64,000 bases of DNA, from NCBI GenBank assembly GCA_002811645.1, contig PDIP01000051.1, positions 109,127 through 173,126 of the forward strand. Direction: 5' to 3'. The notes under the pieces were generated by a model, which was not told the DNA's origin, did no database searches, and worked only from the letters and a program-made list of their open reading frames with translations. Every line of letters starts with the position of its first letter. The stretch's first letter is position 1. Of the stretch, positions 1-11,000 are shown piece after piece. Source of the stretch: Corallochytrium limacisporum Hawaii. Taxonomy: Eukaryota > Protista > Pluriformea. The position numbers were made by a program, and so were the translations under genes.

Positions 1-137
1 CATCAGTGTGCGTATATTGTGCGTTCTTGCTAAATAGGTCCATTATTCCGAGCAGGTACAAGTGGACACCTAACTTGTAACAGATTCCAGTTCTTCATTT
101 CTTTATCAATTCTTTCTCGGAGTGCTTGCAAACTCAA

Positions 138-764
138 TCAGGGATACCCTCCAGGTGCACTGGCCACTGCTCTTTCAAAGTCAAGAGCGTAATATGCATT
201 GTCTCGTGGATCTCTGAGGTGCGGATAGAATGTGTACAGTGCCATCTCAATGGCCGGCATAAAGATACACAGCACAACGGCAGCCACGATCAGCGGTTTG
301 CCGATCCAATTGATCACGTACAGTGGCAGCAGCAACAGTTGCCCCACCAGCTTCAAACCTGAAAATATGCTCATTATAGTGCGGTAAACTACGTATACGA
401 CCAGAGCATAAGTCAAATAGAAGCACAGAACGCTGAGTGATCTGTGCAACTCCACGGATACGCCTTGGTCATGCCAAGCAGAGCCGGTTTGCTGTATCTC
501 TGTCCAAAGCACGGTTTGCACGGCACGAGCCACCAAGGCCGCACTCATATGAACATAATGGCCCGTGGCTAAGATGTGTACCAGGATATCAACCAGCAAG
601 GATGACGGGGGATGGTGATGGCCTTCAAATTGGTCGTCGCGATAGTGATGGTCATCGGAGTCGTGATCAAAGGATCCTGTGGTGGTCATAAAGGCAAAAA
701 AGCTTCCGTGGCTATCACCACTATATACACGTTCTTCTGTATGGAACGTTTGGAACCACGACAT
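138..764 (-). CDS. Hypothetical membrane protein (208 aa) with His/Asp-rich N-terminus and several hydrophobic segments
   Basis: ATG-initiated ORF; hydrophobic stretches such as SLSVLCFYLTYALVVYVVY and PLIVAAVVLCIFMPAI; divergent from the PEX26-like gene; family not recognised. Confidence 0.6.
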   Translation of the reverse strand: MSWFQTFHTEERVYSGDSHGSFFAFMTTTGSFDHDSDDHHYRDDQFEGHHHPPSSLLVDILVHILATGHYVHMSAALVARAVQTVLWTEIQQTGSAWHDQGVSVELHRSLSVLCFYLTYALVVYVVYRTIMSIFSGLKLVGQLLLLPLYVINWIGKPLIVAAVVLCIFMPAIEMALYTFYPHLRDPRDNAYYALDFERAVASAPGGYP

Positions 765-810
765 AGTTCCCTAAAGTCTCAATCTTTTCACGGCCTCTAC
801 CCGATTTTAT

Positions 811-880
811 CTGTTCAGCGTAGTTCCATATTGAAGTGTGGATACCGGCTCAGGATTTGTTTCTCTTCCTTCTAACTTAC
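811..880 (-). other. Candidate 5'-UTR spliceosomal intron (70 nt)
   Basis: Minus strand GTAAGT donor (875-880) and GCTGAACAG acceptor; alternative TAG acceptor at 771-773. Confidence 0.5.
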
Positions 881-1519
881 TTGCCTTGTACGGTCTTTTA
901 TTTGTAGAACCACCCCTTTCATAGGCAAGGAAATACGTACCGGGTACCCTTGAACTACCCAAGCGTGCACCACTCCACCGCTGCGTAAGAATCTCCTGCC
1001 CGCTGGGCACCCGATGGCAGGGTCCGCAGGGTCGAGTCGATCTCCCGGGGCGCGAAAGGGGTCCGAAATCTTTGAGGCTTCGCTGATAGGGGCCTAATTT
1101 TCCCTGCCACTTGTTTTGCAAGGGCCTTGCCAACCAAGCCGTTGTCTCGGGGGAGGAAAGGCTGGGCAGGCTTGCACTGCCGTAGAGGCGAGGGGGCTAA
1201 AATTAGACCGATCCGGAGAGGGCAGGCTTGTAAATTGTGCGCAGGGTATGGACCAAAGCAGCTTGTCTCCTGTGACAAATTCCAATTTCCGGAATTTTCT
1301 GCTCAAGTTTATGCCTTGTTCATGAGATCATTTCGATGGTAATGGTACTTCAAAATATTGCGTCGCACTAACATAAAGAGCAAGCATTGTCGTTGAAGAA
1401 ACCAGTACATATCGGTAAGGATATGTGAATGAAAACTGTGGAAGCAGGATAAATAACAAGATGATCCATGCCATTTACTTAATATTTTATGAAGCATTCT
1501 AAGGACAAAGGGGAATATT

Positions 1520-2611
1520 ATGATGACTAGTATTTCACAAACTACGTCAGCGACCCTCGGGTCTCAACCCATGAACGTACATGCCGTGTACGAACAGGCT
1601 TTGCGTTTCACCGTTGAAGGTCAGCTTGCAGAGGCCTCCGCGCTCGTTGATCAGGGACTTAAGTTGATGGCAGAGACAAGTCATGTCTATCCTGCAGATG
1701 CGTACATGGAGGAGCGGGCCTACCTCCAGCGGCACCTCTGCGCCCCGCACTGTCCGTGTGTGGGTCTGAGCATGCTCTACGTCCAGCTCCACGGATCGGA
1801 CACAGTGCTGGACAGCAAAGAAAAGGAAGCCATGATCGAAGGGACAAAGAGAAATACAATAAGTGGCGGCGCCCAAAAAGGTGTGGAAGGACCCACTCAG
1901 GGCATGGACATCATGCATCACCTGCGTGACCTGTATCACTCTGCCATGAAGGGAGTTATTATGCCTCCGGAAGTCATGCTGGCGGTTGCATACCTGTTGT
2001 TGCAAGAGGGCGATGCGCAGCATGCCAAGGTCGTAGTGGATGACTATGTAGGAGCCCTGCACCAACGCATTACGGGCGGTGATAAGCAGCAGCAGACTAA
2101 AGACAGTGACACACACGGGAAGGACGCTGGTCCTCTGTCCAAGGAAAGCTTTGTAGGCCACCCTAGACTCTCTCCCCTATACGAACTCTACCTTTTGCAC
2201 ATTCTTCCCGCGCTCAAGGACTTTGACGGAGCGATTGGACTTGCAAAAGACAACGGAGCTGTCGGCAGTACGCGGGGCGGGGCGTACACAGCTCTTTTGA
2301 GCGAAATGCAAGCCACAGACAACCGCCGGCAGGCGGAGGCCATGAAAGCTGCGGCAAAGAAAAAGAACGGAGAGAAAGGATCGCATCGTCACAGGCGGCA
2401 CCGACGGAGGAAGGGCAAGGGCGCCAACCACAATGGTGATGGGCCCGACGCTCCTGGTACTGAGGACGCGGGCGAGGGTAACAGCAGCAGCGCGGCCAAA
2501 GTTAACACTGGGGACGATGATGAAGAACATGCAGAGCGCGGCTCTCATGATGATGACGATTATGACGATGAAGATATGGAATACGACGATGACGACGAAG
2601 ATTATGATGAT

Positions 2612-2649
<38 letters not shown>

Positions 2650-3160
2650 AGGGGATGATGAATTAGAAGATGAGGATGAAGATGATCATGGAGAGACTAC
2701 CGGGCAGGCATCGCCATCATCATCGATAGACCCCAAGAGAGCGAAATCCAAGAGCCACGAGAAGGATGGTCATCACCACCACGAGAAGAAAAAAGGAAAG
2801 AAGAAGAGCAAGAGATCCAAAGCGGACAGGAGCAAAGGCAAGGGTAAGAGCGGGGGCTTATCTAGCCCTGCTACACTGGCGGCGGCGGCGAAGCAGAGCG
2901 TGGCAGATATGGTACCTAATTTACACTTAGAAGATGCCAGCCAGTCTGTTCAAGCCTCTCGGCAATGGCTAGCCCGCCTCATACAGGACTCCCCGTTTCT
3001 GCGCAAACTCTCGGAGTTGCGCAAAGAGTCCATCGTCGGAGCGTTGCTCTTCTTTTTTGCTCTCGCCGTTGCCTGGCGGAGGTACCGTCTGCGCCGGCGG
3101 CTGGGTGAGCTCGGGACAGCACTTGGTCTGGATGCGCTATGGAATGGCAGTTTAGTCTAA
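1520..3160 (+). CDS. PEX26: PEX26/APEM9-like tail-anchored peroxisomal membrane protein with a long acidic/basic insertion
   Basis: MPPEVMLAVAYLLLQ and LYELYLLHILP resemble Pex26 motifs; C-terminal TM IVGALLFFFALAVAW followed by basic RRYRLRRR. Confidence 0.65.
2515..2690 (+). repeat. GAT/GAC/GAA low-complexity tract encoding poly-Asp/Glu
   Basis: gatgatgatgacgatgacgatgac... inside the PEX26-like CDS. Confidence 0.9.
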
Positions 3161-3394
3161 GCAAGGCGTGGACCTGGAGATCATTTACAAATATATCTAT
3201 GAATCAAGGACATGGTTAAATGTATCCACTTTGCATTTTTGACTTTGTTTCAGTACTTGAAGCGGCACCAGCAATCACTGAAACCGGAGATGGTGGGAGG
3301 GGTCTGGCGTCCTAAGGGAAGGGAGCGCACGGCAAGCTAAGTACTGGGACGTTGATTCCCCTATAGATCTATTGCACAGAGTTTGAAATGAGTA

Positions 3395-4927
3395 CTAATC
3401 GGACTCGTTGCCAACATCCTCGGTTCCCCGAGCTTGATCAATGATGACCTCTACGTGGTTCTGTGGAATCCATCCTTTCTGATCGCCAACACGGCCGTAC
3501 AGCCAGCCTTCCTCGGGCTCTTCTTCCTCCTCGCTGAGAAGACTTATCCGATCCATGGCATCAAGATTCAATTCGTCTTCGGCTTCGGCCTTGTAAGCAA
3601 AAATGGCCATGGCAATCCGGTGCTTGGCATCGGAATTAGTATTGGTCATCTTCGCTGTGTCCTTTACGCTGACGACGGATCGTGCCTTTAGCTTCTCCGC
3701 AGAGCTCGTGTAGGTACCGGCTTCATTGACGCTATCCATCGATCCCATGCTGTGAACGGCGGCAATTGGTCTGTTGAGCGAGTCCTCGCAATTGATGATG
3801 GGTCCTTCACTGGGTGTGATGGCAGAGACAGTTACCACGGCTTCCTTCGGGGCTTCTTTCGTGGCTTCCTTCGTGGTCTCGTTCGAGTTCTTTTCCTCCG
3901 TGATATTCAACGTGGTGCCTGCGATACTGTTCTCTGCTTCATCCTGGTTTTCAAGATTTGTCTCCCCTGTTGGATCTTCTACCTTCACTGTAGCCTCGTC
4001 TGTATCTTCTGTGTCCGATTCGCTGATTTCCGAAATGGCGCGTATGGCCTTCGGCGGCGCTGGCTTCTGTGGCGGAGTCGGGCGTGGCGATTTTGTCGTG
4101 TCATCCACTACCAACGAATCCAAGTGGTGCTTCTCATTGACCTGTTCAGCCTCCTTACTCAGCATTTCTTGCACAGTCTTGCCCTCACGCAGGATCTCAA
4201 CTCGGTCCTTCAATTTACGATGGCATGGTTCGCTCTTCGCGTTGTACATCATTTCAACGTCCGCAATCGCTGTTAGTAGACCGTAAATGAAGCTCTTTAA
4301 CTGTTCTCTTAACTTTGGTACCTCTGCAATGATATCCTGTTCCAAAGCATTGTATCTTTCTGTTGCAGCCTTCATTTCGGTTTGCAGTTTCTGCTTCCGT
4401 TCTGCCTTCATCGCAGGTGCCTGCTCAAATACTTTCTTCTGCTTCTCGTACTCGTAGAGTCTCTTCTGGAAATTCTCAATCTTGGTCTCCAGTGTTGGAA
4501 ATAGCTGGACAAACTGGTCAATCCTGGCCAGGCAGTCTGTAATGAAATTCCGTTTATACGTCGCCATCACTGAGATGTGCTCTTTCAAGTCGTTCGACAA
4601 AGTCTGCATTTCCGGCAGACGTGGTCCCGCCAGTTTCTGTAGTGACTCAACGATATGATCATAGGCCGTCAGTGAGACTTCCAGCGAATTTGTGTACTTG
4701 CGAGCGTTCTTTGACAGCTGACTTGCTGCTTTATGCATAGACTGGATTTCTGCTGCGCCTTCGTTGACTTCGGGAGGCAAATCATATGATTTTCCTGTGA
4801 ATTTCGGTAAAAATGTACTTAATCTCTTGCCCAGTGACTTCGACTTGCCATTTCCAGAGTGCGAATGGCTGGAAGTACTTGTAGCCGTGTCAGTGGCTGA
4901 GTGCTGATCGGCTGATTCGTTTGCCAT
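3395..4927 (-). CDS. BAR-domain plus C-terminal SH3 protein (amphiphysin/Rvs167-like)
   Basis: Helical N-terminal half (ERYNALEQDIIAEVPKL); SH3 motifs AIFAYKAEAEDELNL, EGWLYG, GWIPQNHV. Confidence 0.8.
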   Translation of the reverse strand: MANESADQHSATDTATSTSSHSHSGNGKSKSLGKRLSTFLPKFTGKSYDLPPEVNEGAAEIQSMHKAASQLSKNARKYTNSLEVSLTAYDHIVESLQKLAGPRLPEMQTLSNDLKEHISVMATYKRNFITDCLARIDQFVQLFPTLETKIENFQKRLYEYEKQKKVFEQAPAMKAERKQKLQTEMKAATERYNALEQDIIAEVPKLREQLKSFIYGLLTAIADVEMMYNAKSEPCHRKLKDRVEILREGKTVQEMLSKEAEQVNEKHHLDSLVVDDTTKSPRPTPPQKPAPPKAIRAISEISESDTEDTDEATVKVEDPTGETNLENQDEAENSIAGTTLNITEEKNSNETTKEATKEAPKEAVVTVSAITPSEGPIINCEDSLNRPIAAVHSMGSMDSVNEAGTYTSSAEKLKARSVVSVKDTAKMTNTNSDAKHRIAMAIFAYKAEAEDELNLDAMDRISLLSEEEEEPEEGWLYGRVGDQKGWIPQNHVEVIIDQARGTEDVGNESD

Positions 4928-4971
4928 GTTGCTTTCCGTCTCCGAGACAGATTGAACCCGCTACGTCATTT

Positions 4972-5080
4972 CTGTAAACACTAGTCAATCATTGAAATGT
5001 CGAAACGAAGAGGTATATGATCAAATTTAGGCTCGCTAAGTGTGTATAGCAGTATGGTCATAAACCCCAGATTGTTATAC
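4972..5080 (-). other. Candidate 5'-UTR intron (109 nt)
   Basis: ATG|GTATAA donor; TTGAC...TTTACAG acceptor 44 nt upstream of the main ATG. Confidence 0.4.
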
Positions 5081-6555
5081 CATTCAGCCGCCACAGCCAA
5101 AACCTATGACCTAAATGTACAGTGGGGGTGATATCAGGGAGAGGTGAGAGGGACCAAAACAATGCTTCGATGGTGATTGACCGGGGCAGAGATGAATATT
5201 GGATGAAGGGGAGAGAGAGAAAAGAGTGACGTGAAAGAGACAGGCCAAAAGAAAAAAATTGCGACCAAATATCTGTCTGAGCGGCCCAGGAACGAGATCA
5301 CTCAGGTTAATATGCTCCACCACCTGGAGACGCCCTCAACAGGAAGAAGACAGCAAATGGGTCCGGACAGGGATACTCTCCACCTCACTCCACCTCACTA
5401 AAATAGACCCCCTTCTGAGACGGATGGTGAAGAATATCAGAAAAGAACGGGATACCCAGGCGCCCCGAAATTTGAAATATTTGAATGGTTGAATTCGACA
5501 CCTTCCTGAGTCGGTGGCCGGGGAGAGGGAATCCTGCGATGCGAGAGGTGGGAGAGTTTCTTGGCAAGCCCAAACCCACGGCCCCGGGGGCTTACTTCTA
5601 TTTTCCTCAATATTTTGCGGGTCCTGAATTTATGCTGTGCTTATGTTGTTACTATCCTGACTCTCCCGGTGTCGCAGTTGGTGGACAACAAACTATCGCA
5701 CTCCGCCAAAAGCGGAAACCCAAACCAAAAGTGCGCTGTGAGAAAGGCGTGAACGGAAAATTGTCCCTCCCCTCCCCCCGGCCCCCCCCCTCCCCCGGCC
5801 CGGGGAGAAGGGGGTCCGGGGCGGGGTTGTTGGCGGTTCCCATAAGCGCACAGTTAGTTCTCCAGCTTCTTTGGTACTTCCTTCTGCGTTTCCCCTTTTT
5901 GTTGGGTTTAGGACTGCCGCGCCCTTCCCGGCCCCCAACCGTCCCCCTCAGCGCATACCTGCGCGAACCCACCGTGGTGCGAATGGTTGGAGGGTTTCGG
6001 GTGCTCTCGTCGGGTGGGAAGGGCTGGAGTCCCCGGCTCACCCTAGAGGCGGACTCGCTGGAGAGGGGAAGGGGAAGGAGACCTCCCCTCACCAAAAAGG
6101 GGGGGGGGGGGGTTGGAGAAAATTACGCTATTGTGGTAACGTAAGCAAACGGTCACAGACAAAACACAGGACGAGGGGCCCCTGTCGTCTGATGCGAGAT
6201 CACTGAGTGAAAGTGAATGAAGAAACTGCGTCATGCAGGCTTCACAAAAGCAACGTGAAGACGATTTCAGTGTCGCTGATGGTATATCGGCCAGAACGGA
6301 TCCTACAAAGTGGAAAAGTACTCGCTAGCAACATCACAGCGAAAGTGAGGCGACAGTGGAATGACGGAGGAGAAACATGTGCAGCGCAAGGAAGATGATA
6401 AGAGGATATACTATGTTTCTCTGCGGTTAGTCCTACAGCTGGAACAGCGGACGTACACGATGATTGAAAAGCAATATTTGCGCAAGTGAACGACGGATAT
6501 CTGACAAGGCTTGCTTTACAATTCATAGCTCCAAACCATATGAAGGTCCGTCATC

Positions 6556-7104
6556 ATGGCGGTAAAGAGGAAGCGTCAAGATGACCAACATGGAGAAAGC
6601 GATGGAGCTGAGGTTCCGACTAGAAATTCTCTTCCTGAAGGAGCTGGTCCAGGCAGCTGTAGCCACGGAGTTGACGTTTCTGATCCCAATGGCTCAAAGA
6701 CCGCCCTGATGTTCAGCGTCAAGGAAGCTGCCCGTCGCGTTCGTGGGGAAGATGCTGCGGAAGTTCTTTCGACCACGAACGCCACAGTTGACTCTGAGCA
6801 TGACCTTGTTGTGGCAGAAGAAATGCTGACAATGCCTGATGGTCGCCATGAGCTTGTGCTCTCGCTGACCTCACCAAAAATCGCTATGACAGACGCAACA
6901 CCGCAAATTCCCAGTGGAGGAGATCGGCGCTCTCACTCGAGTACAGACTACGCTAGGAGCTTCTCTCGCGAAGAACGACGAAACTCTGGGACGAACAAGG
7001 GCATAGAGAACCATACGGATTTGTCAGACACAGATCCTTTGTCTACTCGTGCAATTGATGGACAATCGCAAGAAGCGACCGACTCTGAGGAAGCAAAAGA
7101 CTGA
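6556..7104 (+). CDS. Hypothetical disordered protein (182 aa) with basic N-terminal KRKR
   Basis: ATG ORF, hydrophilic composition; CTGAC (6501)...TTCATAG (6528) acceptor-like signal just upstream. Confidence 0.5.
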   Translation: MAVKRKRQDDQHGESDGAEVPTRNSLPEGAGPGSCSHGVDVSDPNGSKTALMFSVKEAARRVRGEDAAEVLSTTNATVDSEHDLVVAEEMLTMPDGRHELVLSLTSPKIAMTDATPQIPSGGDRRSHSSTDYARSFSREERRNSGTNKGIENHTDLSDTDPLSTRAIDGQSQEATDSEEAKD

Positions 7105-7424
7105 ATCATTGAAGCACCCACATCAACACTATGAAGAAAGCTTATGTACCCATAGACTCACCATACACGCACTAGTTGAAGAGTAGATTACTAGTACACA
7201 GAGAATAGCGGCTGCTTGAGGTCTTTCGTGAAAGATGCCTTGGATGGAATCAACCCGTGAAAAGGTGGGGTCCCCCTTAAGCGTGGAAGACCGGGTCAAT
7301 ATCTTGGGGAGGGGGCCGACTGCCACAAAGGCAAGGGCAAGGCTGTGGACCATGTGCCAAAGTACAAGAAGGAAAGAATCCGAAGATTATACCCACTGTT
7401 ACCTAGGTGGAATCATTGACAGCA

Positions 7425-7898
7425 ATGACGGGAAAATCCCCTCTCAGGCAGAGGTTACAAGAGCTACGAAGAAAACGTGCACGGATACGCGCCAGTAACG
7501 CGTCTGAATCGAAGAGGAAAGTTGAAGACGTCCTACTCTCCAAAGAGCAGGCTGCTCAAGTAAGAAAACAACTGAGGGATGAACACCGACGCAATGGTGC
7601 AGACTCTATAGTAAATCTATCCTATACGATAGAGGAAGACCAAAAATGGCATAGACGGGGCAATAACGATACGAGGATCCTCTACGTAGCCAGCAAGGCC
7701 AATACTGACCGAAACTATGCTGAGAAAAGCATAGCCGTAAGCGGTCGTGTCCTTTACTTGAATGATCTGTCCGACGAATGTCTGCAAGAAACCTTGCACA
7801 CTGGAGCAAAAGCAGAGCCCGCAGGTAAACGGAAACTGGCTGAAGCAGTGCAGCGAGGGGATCTCAAGAGAGTTGACAAGAAACGCGGTGTGAGTTGA
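7425..7898 (+). CDS. Divergent SYF2-like splicing factor, possibly truncated
   Basis: RLQELRRKR...ASNASE, LSYTIEEDQKWHRR and KRKLAEAVQ loosely follow Syf2 motif order; the conserved Syf2 C-terminus is not in frame; first ATG 7425. Confidence 0.4.
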   Translation: MTGKSPLRQRLQELRRKRARIRASNASESKRKVEDVLLSKEQAAQVRKQLRDEHRRNGADSIVNLSYTIEEDQKWHRRGNNDTRILYVASKANTDRNYAEKSIAVSGRVLYLNDLSDECLQETLHTGAKAEPAGKRKLAEAVQRGDLKRVDKKRGVS

Positions 7899-8064
7899 AG
7901 GCATCCGCGGACTAGATCAGGAATATTATGCAAAATTTAAGTGAAAACTCCGAGAGTACACAAGGAGAAGTGTCCGTCTGTGTGAGATCATTTCCCTTTC
8001 GTAAGTTTTCAACAATAAAGAAAACTAGCTAGTTTTATACTAGAACCATGGACGATCATACATA

Positions 8065-11000
8065 TCAAATCTGCCACCACTTCTTAGCGGCTTGCTTCTC
8101 ATTGTAGGCGCGAACGGTAGCTTCCAGACTCTGTGCATTGTCGGCCATGCGGTCCGTCTCGTCTGTGAGTTTGCTCAGCTTCTCACCACGCTCCTGGGCA
8201 GCGTTCAGCATGTGGCCGTAGGGATTGTTTGGGTCGGCGGCGCTCTTTCCGCCGGCTTGAGCTTGGATCTGAGCCAGGCGTGCAGCCTCTTGTTGCTCCT
8301 TGGCCTTGGCCCTCTGCTCGCGAGATTGTTGCAAGCGTTCCGGTACAGCTGCGGCGTTGCCTCCCTTGAAGACAGTGGAGTAGTCCAGGGACGGGGCAGC
8401 ACCAGTCTTCTTCATGATGGTGTTGCCAATGTTGGCAAGAGCCCCCATTGCACTCTTACCGGGTTGTTGTTGCCTCAGTTCGTCTTCCACTGCCCTCAGA
8501 TTTGTGTACAGAGAGCCGTGCTGGCGCTGAATGTGTGTTTTGTCCACCGAATAGGTGGCAAAATACCGAGCCATACGATTCTTTGTGATGGTCCAGAGAG
8601 TGCCGTCCTGCAGCATACCCACGAGACGATCTTTCTCGTAGTCCGGAACATTCACAGTGGCCAGCTTTTTGAGGCCTGGAATTGCGTAACCATCACACTG
8701 TCCCTTGTTGATCGCAGACACCGTCCAGATAATACCACAGTTCTTCATAGTCTGGGACACGAAGCGCCGACGATCATCAGAAGTGAAACTGACCCCAGCG
8801 ACTTGGACGCCCTTATGAGTATGGTAGGTCCGAAGACCGTCGGCATGGCACACTGTCAAGTAGTACTCGACACCGGCATCTTGTACAGTTATGGGAGTGG
8901 TACCCTCTTCCGTGTCCATCACTGGCACTGGTGTAATACCAGTCTGTGTGCACATTTGTCCATTTGGAAGCGAAATGTATGCGTCTAGGACAGACTGGTC
9001 CATGCGGTCATTACAGCGGAAGTGTGTGTAAATGTCAGTAACCAAGCGGGCATCTGCACCAATCTTAAATCCTACAAGGTGACCCTCCGCTGTGCCAATG
9101 AGGAGGAGGTCTGAGGGAATCCCATCGGGCACAGCGGCATTGTCCGGATGCTGGACAAACTTAATCATGGTGATACGGTCTGAAATAGGTTCCGAGAACT
9201 GCACATTTTCCAGTACAGCGGCACGAATCAGGTCACGCAGAGTACCTCCATGGAGCAGAGTGCCTGTCGGACAATGCACGATGGTGAGCATATTCCGGCT
9301 ACTGTAGCAGATCATGCGCGTTGTGTGTCCAACCGAACCTACATGGGTCTCACCGTGGAGCTCGTCAGTCCTGAAGTGGGTCGGCATAATGAAACCCCGC
9401 AAACGAAGCTTTCCAACTTCTTTACCCATGCCCAATATTGTTTCTGATTGCTTCGGGCTATTGTCCACCTCTGACGGTCTCGTGGCTGGTTCAGACGCTT
9501 CCGGGGTGACTCCCTTCGTTACTTTCACAGATGTCTGCCCGCGTGGTGTCATATTCTCGAAAAGGTATCCCGCTGCTTCATTCACATCACCGTCAAATTT
9601 GTTCAAGGTGCGTACCACGTCGGGCTGGGCGAATCCATAGCCGATGAGCTGCTGTAGCTTTTCTGGGTCATGGTCCGTCTCAACCTCAGACTCCACTGGC
9701 TCCTTGCTTGAATATTCTTCGCTGTCATTAGCCGGAATTTCAGCGGAGGCTTCAACAGGAGCTTCAGCAGGAGCTTCAGCAGGAGTGTCAGCAGGAGTAT
9801 CAGCAGGAGTATCAGCAGGAGTATCAGCAGGAGTGTCAGCAGGAGTATCAGCAGGAGTTCCAGACGGTGTGGCAGGATCCGATTGATAGTCAGAAACGGT
9901 GTCACGTGTAAGCTGCCCCTCCTTCGAATTGCGCTTTTCCGGTTCCTCGCTCTTGGAGCGGCCACCGAAGATCTTCTTGATACCCTTCACCTTCATCTTC
10001 CGCCCTGGACTCTTACCGCGCTTGCTGCTTCCTTCACCACCGGCGGTGCTGTCAGCAGTCTCCCTGAGACTCAGAGCATCAGCGATCTTGCCCCCAAATT
10101 CCTCCATTTTCTGTCCTGCTTCGTCAAACTTCTCTTTGATGGAGTCTGTCACTGGTGATTCCGGTGGGAAGGCATATTCATTGATGCGGTTTGGATCGCT
10201 GCGGGCGAGAACAAAAAAGCAGCGTGTACCAGTCTGAGGAGATGGTTTTGCATCCTCTGGTTGAATCTTCATTATTGTTGCGCAGCCACCACGATTAACC
10301 AGGATTATGATACCTTCATGCGCAATGTAATCAGCAATAGCGACCCCTCCTGATTCTGCACCCTCGGCGATCCTCGTCTTGAGACCATGATTAGGCAAAC
10401 TGCTCTCTATCACGAAGTCCGCCAACATGCGCTGATTAACGTGCAAAAGGCACAGTAATCTTCCACCGGAAGAAAAATTCAGGGACACTCGCCCTGCAGC
10501 ATCCCCAACCAGCAAGAGATGACCTTTGGGAATGGGCGGTGAGTTTTCTGTGAATCCATACGAAGAGCCTCCCGTGATCGGCCACTGGTCTCCACCTACA
10601 AAGCCATTGTACGGTAGCACACTGCGACCGCCAGCGCGCAGCAATCGCAAGGTCTGATTAGAGACTACATCCACAGACTTTGCATAAGCAATGGCGACGG
10701 AAGGAACCGCACCAAGAGAATACGGCCAGGGACACTGCTGCCATCGCGTTTCATCTGCAAGGAATACGCGCAAGTGCTCACTCAATACCCATAGAGAGAG
10801 CTTTTCTTGAACCTGGGCAACCCAAATACTCTTTGGTGCCTTAGGAAGATATACAGCCTTTTCACGACCATTGTTGAGAATGACGGTGAGCTTGTACTGT
10901 CCTTCTGGCGTATCCGGGTGCTCGCCGCCCACCACGGCAATCATCTTGCTAGTTGAAGTGTACCGAGAGGCAATGAAACTGACTTTACGGGCATCAAGCC

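Noticed and set aside
5485-6144. 219-aa ORF in the BAR-SH3 promoter region
   Set aside because: Pro/Gly/Arg-rich product of homopolymer-rich sequence, with overlapping ORFs of similar length in other frames
8092-8988. 298-aa antisense ORF in tomosyn and similar nested ORFs in PSD2, Rad16 and the ankyrin gene
   Set aside because: Antisense or alternative-frame shadows without recognisable domains
9748-9858. Tandem repeat as a CRISPR array
   Set aside because: 12-bp in-frame coding repeat, no spacers, eukaryotic context
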